64,000 nucleotides of DNA from an uncultured Chloroflexia bacterium (GCA_963819655.1 CAWFXA010000003.1:448001-512000), one strand, 5' to 3'; positions 38,759-49,060 are shown, numbered from the stretch's first letter. Notes: a model not told the origin generated them from the letters alone. Program-made: numbers and translations.

Positions 38759-40281
38759 CCGACGCGAGGGTGCCGGTCGACATCGAAGCGATCGACGAGA
38801 CCGCAGAGGGCGTCACCACCGAAGGCTCGCTCGCGGTCTTCCGCAATCCCTCGTTCCTCCGATTGTGGCTGTCGCAGGCGGCGACCCAGATCGGCGGGAA
38901 CATGGTGCTGTTCGGGTTGACGGTCGTCGTCTCCGAGAACAACCCGAATACCGCGGTCAGCCTGCTCATCCTGTCGTTCCTGGTACCGGCCGTCCTCGTG
39001 TCGGCGGTCGCAGGGGTCTACGTGGACCGTGTCGATCGTCGACTCATGCTCATCGCGACCAACGTGTTGCGTGGCCTGGCGATGATCGGCATCTTCTTGG
39101 TCGGCGACTTCCTTTTGCTGCTGCTCTTGCTGAACCTGTTCGTGTCGACGGTCACCGTGTTCTTCGCACCCGCCGAAGCGGCGATGATCCCCGAAGTCGT
39201 ACCGCGCCGGCAGCTGCTGGCCGCGAACGGCGTCTTCACGCTGACCCTGAACGCGGCATTCGCCCTCGGCTTCGCGCTGCTCGGGCCGCTCGTCATCAAC
39301 ATCGCAGGCCCGCAGGCGGTGATCCTGGTGGTGGCTGGCCTCTACTTCCTCGCCGCGGTCTTCTGCTGGACGCTCCCGTCGTCGCCACCACCGGCGCGCG
39401 CCACGAACGGCGGCGGCGCGGTCGGCCAGACCCAGAAGGCCATGGAATCGACCCTGGCGCAGCTGCGCGAAGGGTTCGATTTCATCAGCGCGAATCGGAA
39501 GATCGGCTGGTCGCTGCTGTACCTCGGGATCACGGCGTCGCTGGTCGGTGTGCTCGGCGTCCTGGGGCCCGATTTCGCACAGTCTGCGCTGGGGCTGCGA
39601 CCGAAGGACACGGCGATCATCGTGCTGCCCCTGGGCGCCGGGATCGTGATGGGCATCCTGCTGCTTAACTCGTACGGGAAGTTCCTGCCGCGCCGACGGG
39701 TTATCGAAGGCGGCCTGATCGTGCTCGGCGTCATGCTCGCCCTGCTGTCGGTTGCCGGACCGATCAGCCAATTCCTGCAGAACGTCGACCGCGGCGGAAG
39801 CCTGCTCGACCTGTCGGCCGTCACGTCACTGCTCGCGATCGTCGTGTTCATCGCGTTCATAGCGGGCATCGCCTACTCGGCAGTGGCGATCCCCGCTCAG
39901 ACCCAACTCCAGGAGGACCTCCCGGAGGACGTCCGGGGCCGCGTCTACGGCGTCCTGTTCATGCTGGTGTCGGTTTCGAGTTTCGTGCCGATCATCGTCG
40001 TCGGGCCGATCTCGGATTTCATCGGCACCGCGACCGTCATGCTGATCGTGGCGATCGGCGTGCTGGCGTCCGGTGTCGCCAGCGTCTTCCTGCGCGATCC
40101 GAACCTGGGCGTCGCGGGGGCCACCGCCGACCCGCACGTCGAGGACCCGATCGCGGCGGCCCTCGGCGCCGACCGGCCGACGTGGCGAGCTGAACGTGGC
40201 TCGCCGAGCAGCCCCCTGCCACCGCGCGCCACGGATCCGGTGGGGAACCCCGGTCCGTCCGACCCCGCCGATCGGGACTGA
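38755..40281 (+). CDS. MFS transporter
   Basis: FLRLWLSQ, AGVYVDRVDRR, ~12 TMs, RGRVYG. Confidence 0.92.
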   Translation: MTDARVPVDIEAIDETAEGVTTEGSLAVFRNPSFLRLWLSQAATQIGGNMVLFGLTVVVSENNPNTAVSLLILSFLVPAVLVSAVAGVYVDRVDRRLMLIATNVLRGLAMIGIFLVGDFLLLLLLLNLFVSTVTVFFAPAEAAMIPEVVPRRQLLAANGVFTLTLNAAFALGFALLGPLVINIAGPQAVILVVAGLYFLAAVFCWTLPSSPPPARATNGGGAVGQTQKAMESTLAQLREGFDFISANRKIGWSLLYLGITASLVGVLGVLGPDFAQSALGLRPKDTAIIVLPLGAGIVMGILLLNSYGKFLPRRRVIEGGLIVLGVMLALLSVAGPISQFLQNVDRGGSLLDLSAVTSLLAIVVFIAFIAGIAYSAVAIPAQTQLQEDLPEDVRGRVYGVLFMLVSVSSFVPIIVVGPISDFIGTATVMLIVAIGVLASGVASVFLRDPNLGVAGATADPHVEDPIAAALGADRPTWRAERGSPSSPLPPRATDPVGNPGPSDPADRD

Positions 40282-40284
40282 GGG

Positions 40285-41274
40285 GTGCGCACGGTCGCGG
40301 TCGTGTTCACCGGCGGCACGATCAGCATGGGCTTCGACCCGGTGGCCGGCGGGAACGTCCCGACGCTCGATGGGGCGGCGATCCTGGCGCGGACATCCGG
40401 GCTGGACAGAATCGCCGACGTCGTGCCCATCGACCGGGGCCTGACGCCTGCCAGCCACTTCACGTGGGCGGACGTGCTGGGTCTCGGTGCGGTGATCCAG
40501 GACGCGCTCGACGACCCGTTGATCGATGGGGTGGTGGTCGTGCAGGGCACCGACACGATCGAGGAGACGGCCTTCGCCTGGGACCTCGTGCTGCGATCGT
40601 CGAAGCCCGTGGTGGTGACCGGCGCCATGCGCGCCTCGCACGAGGACGGGTACGACGGGCCGGCGAACCTGCGCATGGCCGTGGCAGCGGCGGCGGCACC
40701 GGCGCTGCGAGACGTCGGGGTCATCGTCGGTCTCGCCGGGACCCTCGAGACGGCCGATGACGTCACGAAGATGCACACCCGGGCCTTCGACACGTTCCGG
40801 TCGCCCAACGTCGGCTCGCTTGGTCGGGTAGGGGAGGACGGCGTCGTCGTGCTCGAGCGAGCGCGTGGGGCACGACGGTCCCTCACGCCTGTGCCGGCCG
40901 ACGGCGCGCGGGTCGAACTTGTCCAAGCGGGCATCGGGTCGGATGGGGCGATGCTCGACGCGGCTGTCGCGACGGGTGCTCGCGGCGTCGTGATGGCGGC
41001 CACCGGCGCCGGGAACACCTCTGCGGGCCTCCTCGCCGCGGCCGCGAGGGCGATCGGGGACGGCGTCTCGGTCGTCCTGGCCTCGCGCTGCCCGGCCGGC
41101 GCGGTGTCGACCGCCTACGCGTTCCCGGGCGGTGGTGCGACGTGGGTCCGCGCGGGCGCGATCCCGGCCGGCGCGCTCTGCGCGATCAAGGCCCGGGTCG
41201 CGCTGGCCCTGGGCCTCGGAGCCGGGCTCGCGCGGGATGACCTCGCAACGCTCCTCGCAGACCCGATAGGCTGA
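40285..41274 (+). CDS. Asparaginase/glutaminase family protein
   Basis: FTGGTISM, QGTDTIEET, VTGAMR, GAGN. Confidence 0.92.
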   Translation: MRTVAVVFTGGTISMGFDPVAGGNVPTLDGAAILARTSGLDRIADVVPIDRGLTPASHFTWADVLGLGAVIQDALDDPLIDGVVVVQGTDTIEETAFAWDLVLRSSKPVVVTGAMRASHEDGYDGPANLRMAVAAAAAPALRDVGVIVGLAGTLETADDVTKMHTRAFDTFRSPNVGSLGRVGEDGVVVLERARGARRSLTPVPADGARVELVQAGIGSDGAMLDAAVATGARGVVMAATGAGNTSAGLLAAAARAIGDGVSVVLASRCPAGAVSTAYAFPGGGATWVRAGAIPAGALCAIKARVALALGLGAGLARDDLATLLADPIG

Positions 41275-41281
41275 CCGCTCC

Positions 41282-42922
41282 ATGCCCCTTGACGCCCTCA
41301 TCACCGGTCGTATCGCCACGCTCGCGGGCGACTCGGGGTTCGGCTGGGTCGAGGCGATCGGGATCCGCGACGGTCGGGTCGCATTCGCCGGCTCTGAGGT
41401 GTACCTGGACACCAGGGCGGACCCGTTCACGGAACGCATCCGCCTCGAGCCGGAGCAGATCGCGATCCCCGGGCTGACCGATGCCCACCTGCATCTGGCA
41501 CAGGCGGCGCTCGCGTCGCGCCATGTGGATCTGGGCGATTCGCCGACACTCGAGGACGGGCTCGCCCTTCTGCGCAAGACGCACGACAAGCTGCCCGCCG
41601 ACGCCTGGCTCGAGGGCCACGGTTGGGATTCGGATCGCTGGGGCGGCTGGCCGACGGCCGACTCGCTGGAATCGGTCGCGCCGGGTCGGAAGGCCGCGAT
41701 CTGGGCGCACGACCATCACGCGCTGTGGGCGAGCCACGCGGCGGTCCGCGCGGCGGAGCTACCCGCTGGCGATCCGCCCGGAGGCGTCATCCGGCGCGCA
41801 GACGACCGGACACCCGAAGGCGTGCTGTACGAGGCGGCCACCCGGCTCATCACGATCCACGTCCCGGCCCCGTCGGCCGAGGACCTCGAACGCGCGATGA
41901 TCGAGGTCGGGCAGGACCTGGTGTCGCTCGGCGTCGTCGCGTGCCATGACCCGGGCGGCGTCGCCCCGGACCCTGCGCTGTCCTACTCGTTCCCGGCATA
42001 CGCTCGGCTGTCCGACGCGGGACGGCTACCGGTCCGCGTCCACGCGTGCATGCGCGACGACGCGGTCGCGGCGGCGATCGAGCAGGGCCATCGCAGCGGG
42101 GCTCGGCTGGGCGCCAACCCTGACGGCCGCGCCACCGTCGGCTGGCAGAAGTGCTTTGCCGACGGGTCGCTCGGGTCGCGCACTGCTGCGCTTCTCGACG
42201 ACATCGAGCCGGAGCCCGACCGACCGCTGCCTCCCGACCTCCGGCGCGGCGTCTGGATGACCGATCCGGACGCTTTACGGGAGCGCGTCCAGTGGGCGTC
42301 CGGCGGGGGCATCGCCACGACGATCCACGCCATCGGCGATGCGGCCGTGCGCGCCGCCCTCGACGTGCTGACCCCGTTCGCGCCGACGTCGCCCCTCATG
42401 CCCCGCATCGAGCACGTCCAGATGCTCCATCGGGACGACCGACCGCGTTTCGCGGCCGCCGGCATCGCCGCCAGCGTCCAGCCCGTCCATCTCGGGTCCG
42501 ACGCGATCCAGGCCTGGAAGCTGTGGGGCGACCGCGCGGAGGCCGAGGGCTACACCTGGAAGGCGATCGCCGACACCGGCGCGGTCATGGCGTTCGGCAC
42601 GGACGCGCCGGTCGAGTCATACGACCCGTGGCCGGGCCTGGCGCTCGCGGTGCGACGCGAGGACGCACGCTGGCCGGCGGGCACACCGGCGTTCGCGCCG
42701 GATGAGGCGCTCACGCTCGAGCGTGCGCTGCGGGCGCAGTGCATCGATGGCCCGGTCTCGGCTCGCGAGCTCGACCGCGGCCGTCTGACGGTCGGCCAGC
42801 GGGCCGACGTCGTTGTGATCCCCGCGGCGTCGCTCGATGAGCAGGTGACGCCGGGTGGTCCGTTGTCGACGACGCGCCCGGACATCGTGCTGATGGACGG
42901 CAAGGTCGTCTTCGAGGTCTAG
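41282..42922 (+). CDS. YtcJ-like amidohydrolase
   Basis: PGLTDAHLH, K.FADGSLGSRTA, HAIGD, RIEH, FGTDAP. Confidence 0.92.
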   Translation: MPLDALITGRIATLAGDSGFGWVEAIGIRDGRVAFAGSEVYLDTRADPFTERIRLEPEQIAIPGLTDAHLHLAQAALASRHVDLGDSPTLEDGLALLRKTHDKLPADAWLEGHGWDSDRWGGWPTADSLESVAPGRKAAIWAHDHHALWASHAAVRAAELPAGDPPGGVIRRADDRTPEGVLYEAATRLITIHVPAPSAEDLERAMIEVGQDLVSLGVVACHDPGGVAPDPALSYSFPAYARLSDAGRLPVRVHACMRDDAVAAAIEQGHRSGARLGANPDGRATVGWQKCFADGSLGSRTAALLDDIEPEPDRPLPPDLRRGVWMTDPDALRERVQWASGGGIATTIHAIGDAAVRAALDVLTPFAPTSPLMPRIEHVQMLHRDDRPRFAAAGIAASVQPVHLGSDAIQAWKLWGDRAEAEGYTWKAIADTGAVMAFGTDAPVESYDPWPGLALAVRREDARWPAGTPAFAPDEALTLERALRAQCIDGPVSARELDRGRLTVGQRADVVVIPAASLDEQVTPGGPLSTTRPDIVLMDGKVVFEV

Positions 42923-44302
42923 GTCGGGCGGTCCAGCTCGCGGAGTGCGTCGGCGAACAGGCCGTTGAAGATCCGCGACGTCGATGGGAAGGCGTGGATC
43001 GTGTCCGCCAGGACGTCGATCGTGACGTGGGCCTGGATCGCCAGCACGCATTCGTGGATCGCCGCCGATGCGTCGGGGCAGGCGATGGCCGCGCCGACGA
43101 GCTCGCGCGACCCGCGGTCGACCACGATCGTGAGGTGGCCGAACGTGGCCTCGAGCGCATAACCGCGACTGCTCTTCGCAAAGTCGGCGACCTGCTCGAA
43201 CGCGTCGAGCCCTCTCTCGTTCGCGGCCTCGAGCGACACCCCGACGAACGCCGCCTCGGGGTCGGTGTACGTCGCGCGCGGCAGCGCGCGGTAGTCGGGC
43301 ATGACGGTCTCGCCCTGGGTCATGCGGGCAACGAGCTCGCCCTGGTAGTGCGCCTGGTGCGTGTGGAGCTCGGGCCCGGCGGCGTCGCCCACGGCGTACA
43401 GCCCGTCGGCGATCCGCAGCCGTCCATCGCGCGGGTAGGGTGGTGTCCGCCCGCTCGGATCGAGGCCGTAATGCTCCAGGCCGAGATCGTCGAGCGGCAC
43501 TTCGCGGCCGACGGCAGCGAGGACCACGTGTCCCTCGGCAGTGGAGCCATCGTCGAGCTCGATGACGTGGGCACCATCCGTGCCGACGCCGGCCCGCGCG
43601 GCCACCGCCCGGACGCCGGTCCGTACCGTCACGCCATCGGCGTTGAGCGTGGCGCGTATCACCTCTGAGTTCCGCGGATGATCGGTCGGGGCGAGGCGCG
43701 GCCCGGACTGGACGATCACCACGGGCACCCCGAACCGGGCGTAGACCTGGGCGAGCTCGCAGCCGGTCGGACCTCCGCCCAGGATCAGCATGCTCCGCGG
43801 CAGCTCACGGGTCAGCGTGGCCTGCTCGTTCGTCCAGACGTCGATATCGTCGATGCCCGGGATCTGGATACGGCGCGAGCCCGAGCCGACCGCCACCACG
43901 ACGTTCGATCCCGACAGGTCGTGGCGGACGCCGTCGTGCGTGACGCTGACCCGCCCGCGACCGACGATCCGCGCGTCCCCGCGATAGACGACGGCACCCG
44001 CCTCCTCGAGCGCGCGGACGTGGCTCGAAATCGTCGGGCTCTGCGGCACCGGCGGGACGGTTCACCATGAAGTCCCGATAGGTGGACGCCCGTGGCCACT
44101 CGTAGCGAGCCGGGTTCGCACGGTGTTCCGCCGCGCCGTGGAGCAGCGACTTCGACGGTACGCAGCCGATGTGCGGGCAGCTTCCACCGAACCAGCGATG
44201 GTCCGCGATCGCGACGCTCGCGCCGAGGCCGCGGGCCTTGTGCGCGGCCGCCTCACCACCCGGGCCGGCACCGATGATGACGAGGTCGAAGATCGGATCC
44301 AT
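42919..44302 (-). pseudogene. Pyridine nucleotide-disulfide oxidoreductase (Lpd/MerA-like) with a frameshift at ~44029
   Basis: GAGPGG and GGSCPHIGCVPSK in one frame; GGGPTG and HAFPS in another; one extra base in a 3-nt homopolymer. Confidence 0.85.
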
Positions 44303-44306
44303 CGCG

Positions 44307-45137
44307 TCAGTCTGCCCGCTGCCGAAGGCGGCCGCGCTGCCGTCGCGCTTCGTACAGCAGGACCGCAGCAGACACCGACACGTTCAGGCTGTCGGCCACG
44401 CCGTGCATCGGCAGGCGGACGGTTGCGACGTCGTCGCCCTCCCAGTCGGCCGTCAGGCCGTCCGTCTCGCTGCCGAATGCGATGGCGAGCGGGCCTGTGA
44501 GGTCCGCGTCGCTGTAGAGGCGCTCGGCGTCGACCCGTGTCGCGACGATCCGGAGAGCGCGCTCGCGCAGCCATCCGACCACCTCACCGGTCGGCGCGGC
44601 CGCAAGCGGCACCGCGAAGATGGTGCCCGCGCTCGCCCGGATCACGTTGGGGTTGGCGAGATCCGTCCGAGCTGACGCGGCGATGAGCGCGTCGGCACCG
44701 GCGCCGTCGGCGCTGCGCAGCACCGCCCCGATGTTCCCCGGCTTCTCGACGCCCTCGACCACGATCACGAGCGGGTCATCGGGCAGGGTCAGGTCGGCGA
44801 GCCGCAGGGTTGGCGCGCGTATGACTGCGACGAGGCCCTCGGCTCGATCGCCGAAGGCGAGCTTCGCGAACGCGGTCTCGGTCGTGCCCGTGATGGGGAC
44901 GCGGGCCGCGGCCAGCAGATCGAGCGCCGCCCTCGCGTCCTCGCCGGCGAGCAGGGGTTCGCACACGAACGCCTCCACGACCTCGACCCCGGCATCGAGC
45001 GCGCGGCGCAACTCGCGTGCACCGTCGACCAGCGTCAGGCCGGTCGACTCGCGCTCGCGTCGATCGCGCAACCGGGCGACCGACTTGATCCGCGGGTTCG
45101 ATGGGCTGGCAAGGGCAGGGGAGGGCATCGCACTCAT
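44307..45137 (-). CDS. TrmH/SpoU family RNA methyltransferase
   Basis: PGNIGAVLRSAD, FGSETDGL, SLNVSVS. Confidence 0.93.
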   Translation of the reverse strand: MSAMPSPALASPSNPRIKSVARLRDRRERESTGLTLVDGARELRRALDAGVEVVEAFVCEPLLAGEDARAALDLLAAARVPITGTTETAFAKLAFGDRAEGLVAVIRAPTLRLADLTLPDDPLVIVVEGVEKPGNIGAVLRSADGAGADALIAASARTDLANPNVIRASAGTIFAVPLAAAPTGEVVGWLRERALRIVATRVDAERLYSDADLTGPLAIAFGSETDGLTADWEGDDVATVRLPMHGVADSLNVSVSAAVLLYEARRQRGRLRQRAD

Positions 45138-45974
45138 GATGCGCCGCTCCCGCGGGCGAAGGCACCCAGCTCGAGGCTCGCACCGGACGTCGCGCGAAGA
45201 ACCAGCTCGCCGATCTCGACGTCATCGACGACCGTCGACAGCCACGCGCCGAGATCGTCGGCGTCGATCCCCTCGGTGTGGGCGGTCAGGAGCACCCAAC
45301 CCGCCGGCGTGAGGAGCCGGCGGATGTCGTCGAGAAGTGGCTCCAGGTCGTCCTCGAGTCGCCAGGCCTTGCCAGACGCGCCGTGCCCGTAGGTCGGCGG
45401 GTCGAGGACGACGCCGTCGTAGCGCCGTTCGCGACGGAGCTCGCGCGCCACGAAGGCACCGGCGTCGTCCACGATCCAGCGGATCGGGCGGTCGGCGAGC
45501 TCGTTCAGCGCCGCGTTCCGTCGCGCCCAGGCGACGGCGGGCCGTGCCGAATCGACGTGTGTGACGGCGGCGCCGACGCGAGCAAGAGCGAGCGTCCCCA
45601 TACCCGTGTAGCCGAACAGATTGAGGATCGACGGGCGCTCCGTGGCGGTGTCGGTGCCCTTCCGGTCGACGTGCGCCGTCGACCACGGCAGCATCGCGGC
45701 GTGCTCGGGGAAGACCCCGACCTGCCCGGAGGGGGTGGGTCGAAGCTCGAAGGCGAGGTCGGCGATCCGGGCGATCCAGCCGTTCCGTGCCTTGACGAGA
45801 CCGGTCCCACTCCAGCCCGTTGTCGCGATCGAACCGCAGATCGGCGTCCGCCCACTCGCGCGGCGAGCGCTGCCGCTCGCCGATGGCCGCGGGATGCGGT
45901 CGGTGGACGATGTGATCGCCGAATCGCTCGAGGCGCGCGCCGTCACCCGCGTCGATGAGCTCGTAGTCGTCCAC
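45134..45974 (-). pseudogene. RlmI/RlmK-like SAM methyltransferase with a frameshift at ~45821
   Basis: YELIDAGDGARLERFG in one frame; GVFPEH, LNLFGYTG, LDPPTYG in another; start approximate. Confidence 0.8.
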
Positions 45975-46047
45975 GGGCTCATCATCATCGAAACCGCGTA
46001 CGCCGAGCCGTCGAATCGTCTGCAAGGAACGGAGAAGGAGGGTCCGC

Positions 46048-46188
46048 GTGGTCCGTCGATCGATCCTGGCGTTGGTGCTGGTCCTGGCCGCCGCCCTGGG
46101 CGCCTGCACGAGCCCGTCCGGTGGAGGGTCGGGCGGCGGCGCGTCAGGCGCCCCGTCCGAATCGCCCGCCGCCAAACCGGGTTACTGA
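46048..46188 (+). CDS. 46-aa lipoprotein (not in the ORF track)
   Basis: AGGAGG SD; MVRRSILALVLVLAAALGAC-TSPSGGGSGGGASGAPSESPAAKPGY; lipobox LGAC. Confidence 0.7.
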   Translation: MVRRSILALVLVLAAALGACTSPSGGGSGGGASGAPSESPAAKPGY

Positions 46189-46405
46189 GCGCGCGTCGTC
46201 GTCACGCGAGCAGGTTTGTCGGTCGCGGCCCCGTTCGGGTACGATGCCCGCTGCCGTACGGGTCGCGGCACCGTCATTTCCGGCGCCTAGGTGAGACGTG
46301 GAACATCTCGCCGTTACGGGTTCCGGGAGAGGCGATGTCGAGGCACGAACGGTAGGTTCCGACAGTCGTCGGGTGTAGCCACACTCGGCGGACGCCGGAA
46401 CCGTC

Positions 46406-46445
46406 GGGCGGCTAGCTCAGCTGGTCAGAGCACTTGCTTGACATG
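46406..46445 (+). repeat. 5' half of tRNA-Val (att site)
   Basis: 39/40 identical to 50576-50615; identity ends just after the anticodon loop. Confidence 0.92.
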
Positions 46446-46706
46446 AGCGAGCGCCCTACGGCCGTGCTAGCCGCTTACTCATGCGCGGCTTTCCCACCGT
46501 CACCCACGCCGATATCGGCTGTCCGGGATCGGCTCTAATCGTGCCTCACCCTGGTCGGCCCGGACCAACTCACGGCTCAGGGGACCGAGGGCTCGGGAGC
46601 CCGACCGACCCATTTCTGCCCCGCGGGGTATCCTGCGCCCTTCGACCTTGAGCCAGCGGGAGGGCAATTCCCTCCCCGCCTGAGGACGACAGAGGGGTAC
46701 CGTCCA

Positions 46707-47147
46707 ATGGCCAAGTTCGACTGCACCACGACGATCAAGCGACCCGTCGAGGAGGTCTTCGCAGTGCTGAGCGACTTCTCGAAAGGTCCGGAGTGGTCCT
46801 CGAGCGCCGTAGAACCGGCGAAGAAGACCTCAGATGGTCCGATCGGCGTCGGAACGACATGGCACGCGTTCGGCAAGACCGCCGGTCGGAAGTTCGAGAG
46901 CGACGTCAAGTACACCGAGTTCGAGGTGAACCGAAAGATCGTCTCTACCGTCACGAAGCCATTCCCGACGACGCTCACGGTCACGCTCGAGACGGTTCCC
47001 GGTGGCACGCGTGTCGACCAGACCGTCGACGGCGAGCCGGGCGGGTTCTTCAAGCTCGCCGAGCCGCTCGTCGTGAAGATGTCCAAGCGACAGTTCCAGG
47101 GCGATCTCGACAACCTCCGCGACCTCATGGACGCTCGCGCGCTCTAA
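46707..47147 (+). CDS. SRPBCC family protein
   Basis: IKRPVEEVFAVLSD...PEW...GPIGVGT...DLDNLRDLM. Confidence 0.88.
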   Translation: MAKFDCTTTIKRPVEEVFAVLSDFSKGPEWSSSAVEPAKKTSDGPIGVGTTWHAFGKTAGRKFESDVKYTEFEVNRKIVSTVTKPFPTTLTVTLETVPGGTRVDQTVDGEPGGFFKLAEPLVVKMSKRQFQGDLDNLRDLMDARAL

Positions 47148-47281
47148 CCCGGCAGCGGCCAAAGAAGACGTCAGGTCCCCGTCGGCCCGGACCGACTGGC
47201 GGCTGACGAGGGATCGAAGGTCCGGGGCCGGAGCCAGGGCGATGACAGCCTAGCGGTCGCCCTACCGCAGACTTAGCTGTG

Positions 47282-47500
47282 ATGTCCCGACGATCGGCTC
47301 CTGAACGCCTCGACACGGCCTGGCAAGCCGGCGTCCGCAACCGCCTCACCGGCGAGGGCATGACCGAAGCGACGGCCGACGCCTGGATCGCCGTGTGGGA
47401 GGTTCACGCGGCGCAGGACGTCGTCGAACGCGGTTCTGGTTACTGGGAGGCAGCCTGGGTTGGATCGCCGCTCAGCCAAAGGATCGGGTCAGGCCGAACC
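47282..47500 (+). pseudogene. Small Trp-rich protein, frameshifted near 47460
   Basis: ADAWIAVWEVHAAQD...YWEAAW, then WIAAQ in a shifted frame; similar to 28722-28940. Confidence 0.5.
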
Positions 47501-47704
47501 CGGTCGGCCCGAACCGACTGGCCGACTCGGGGCGCCCAATGCCCACCGGTCGCGCTGGACGGCCGACCGAGGGTGACGGAGCCGGAGACGGCGTCCGCGC
47601 GCTGCCATCCCCGGCCCATGGGGAAGGCCCCTGACGAGTGGGAGGAAACCAGCACCCACCCGGAGCCTGAGCTGCCAGAGGACCAACGACTCCCGCGGGT
47701 GAAC

Positions 47705-47860
47705 TCACAAACCGAGGATCTTCACGAACTTGCCGGTGCGGACGTAAGGCTCGGCGTTGAAGCCGAACTCCTCCTCCGCCCGGAAGCCGGTGACGTTCGG
47801 GTCGAACCTCGAGCCCGCCTTCGACGACACCTCGATCCGGTTGCCGGCGGCCTCACAGAC
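47705..47860 (-). pseudogene. C-terminal fragment of an HK97-like phage major capsid protein
   Basis: Manual translation RIEVSSKAGSRFDPNVTGFRAEEEFGFNAEPYVRTGKFVKILGL*, resembling the F..N...FRAEE..GF capsid motif. Confidence 0.65.
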
Positions 47861-47942
47861 GGCGGCCGCCTCCCCTGCCGTGACGGCCGAAGCACGCAGA
47901 CGGACTACAGTTGACGGACCGCCGGGAGAAAGGGAGATACGG

Positions 47943-48443
47943 ATGCGGAAGATTGCGAGCGTAGGCGCCGCCTTGCTGCTGCTGCTCGCGGCAGCCGGAC
48001 CCGCCGCCGGAGCGAGCCGTACCTACTCGGTGCACCTGGATGGCGACACGGAGGTGCCGGCGAACGCGTCGCAGGCGGCTGGGCAGGCCGTCTTCCAACT
48101 GAGCCGTGACCGCACGTCGCTCGAGTACATGCTGATCGTCGCCAATCTGGACAATCCGGTCGCGGCGCACATCCACGTCGGTCCGACGGGCGTGAACGGA
48201 CCCGTGGTCGCGAACCTCTTCTCCGGAGTGCCAGGAGATGGGACCGCGAACGGGATGATTGCGGAGGGCACGATCACCGCGACAAATCTCACCGGGCCGC
48301 TTACCGGTCAACCGTTGTCGGCGCTCGTCGAGGCTCTCAACTCCGGCAACGCGTACGTCAACGTGCACACGAACGATGGCGTGCCGCCTGCCGGTACCGG
48401 CCCGGGCGATCTCCCGGGCGGCGAGATTCGCGGGGACTTCTAA
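47943..48443 (+). CDS. Secreted CHRD domain protein
   Basis: Signal peptide; L.G..EVP, AAHIH.G..GVNGPVV, AYVNVHT...PGGEIRG. Confidence 0.92.
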   Translation: MRKIASVGAALLLLLAAAGPAAGASRTYSVHLDGDTEVPANASQAAGQAVFQLSRDRTSLEYMLIVANLDNPVAAHIHVGPTGVNGPVVANLFSGVPGDGTANGMIAEGTITATNLTGPLTGQPLSALVEALNSGNAYVNVHTNDGVPPAGTGPGDLPGGEIRGDF

Positions 48444-49060
48444 GAGTCCTGAAAACGTCCGCCAGCGTCCGTCGCTGACGGACTCGCGCACGGATACGCC
48501 TCAGAGGCGGGTGTCCCATGGGGGATGTCCGCCTCTGTTGCAACCAGCGTTGCTCCCAAGCGGCCTCTGCAAGGCGCCGGTCGGCCCGGACCGACTGGCC
48601 GCTGACACGGGATCGAAGGTCCGGGACCGGAGCCGGGTCGCCACACCGTACCCGCCGACCCTTACCGGCGGCTTCACGGTCGGGCCGAACCACGGACCGC
48701 ATACAAGATGCTCGTACAGCCGGTTTCGGACCCGCCACAACCGTCTTCTGCGCCGGCGGCTTGCTGGAAAGCACGAAGCCGATGGATACATCGTTTGGGC
48801 TCGAGCCCCCAACGAACGAGTAGCCGTGGCACAACGTGCAGGGGACCTCAAGACGGCACGGTCATGACCGTGCCGTCGTCCTTTTCTCTTGGGAGCCTCC
48901 GCTGCGAGCGATGTGCGGCCCGGCGAGGAGATGGTCCGGCTACCCTCGCCGTCAGGACACGGCGCAGGCTGTCGGCGTACGAGCGGGAGCAGCGGGCGAG
49001 GCGCGGCACGCCCCAGGCCGATCCCCGGCCGTGAAAGCCCGCCGAATCGCGTGAAGCTGG

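Larger units (their letters stand above)
46554..48640 (+). repeat. Four dispersed direct repeats, core GTCGGCCCG(G/A)ACC(G/A)ACT
   Basis: Copies at 46554, 47181, 47503, 48580; 47181-47241 vs 48580-48640 match 55/61. Confidence 0.85.

Noticed and set aside
42919-44302. Mercuric reductase (merA) call
   Set aside because: No C-terminal Cys-Cys pair and no mer genes nearby; kept as a generic disulfide oxidoreductase.
46406-46483. Second complete tRNA-Val or split/intron-containing tRNA
   Set aside because: No 3' anticodon stem, T arm or acceptor strand follows, and the downstream copy is already complete.
46554-48640. CRISPR array interpretation of the island repeats
   Set aside because: Spacing is 320-1080 bp and irregular, the intervals contain genes, and no cas genes are present.
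48863-49034. Possible small Cys-containing ORF (CERC) inside the island
   Set aside because: Only one CxxC and no coherent frame; cannot be supported as a gene.
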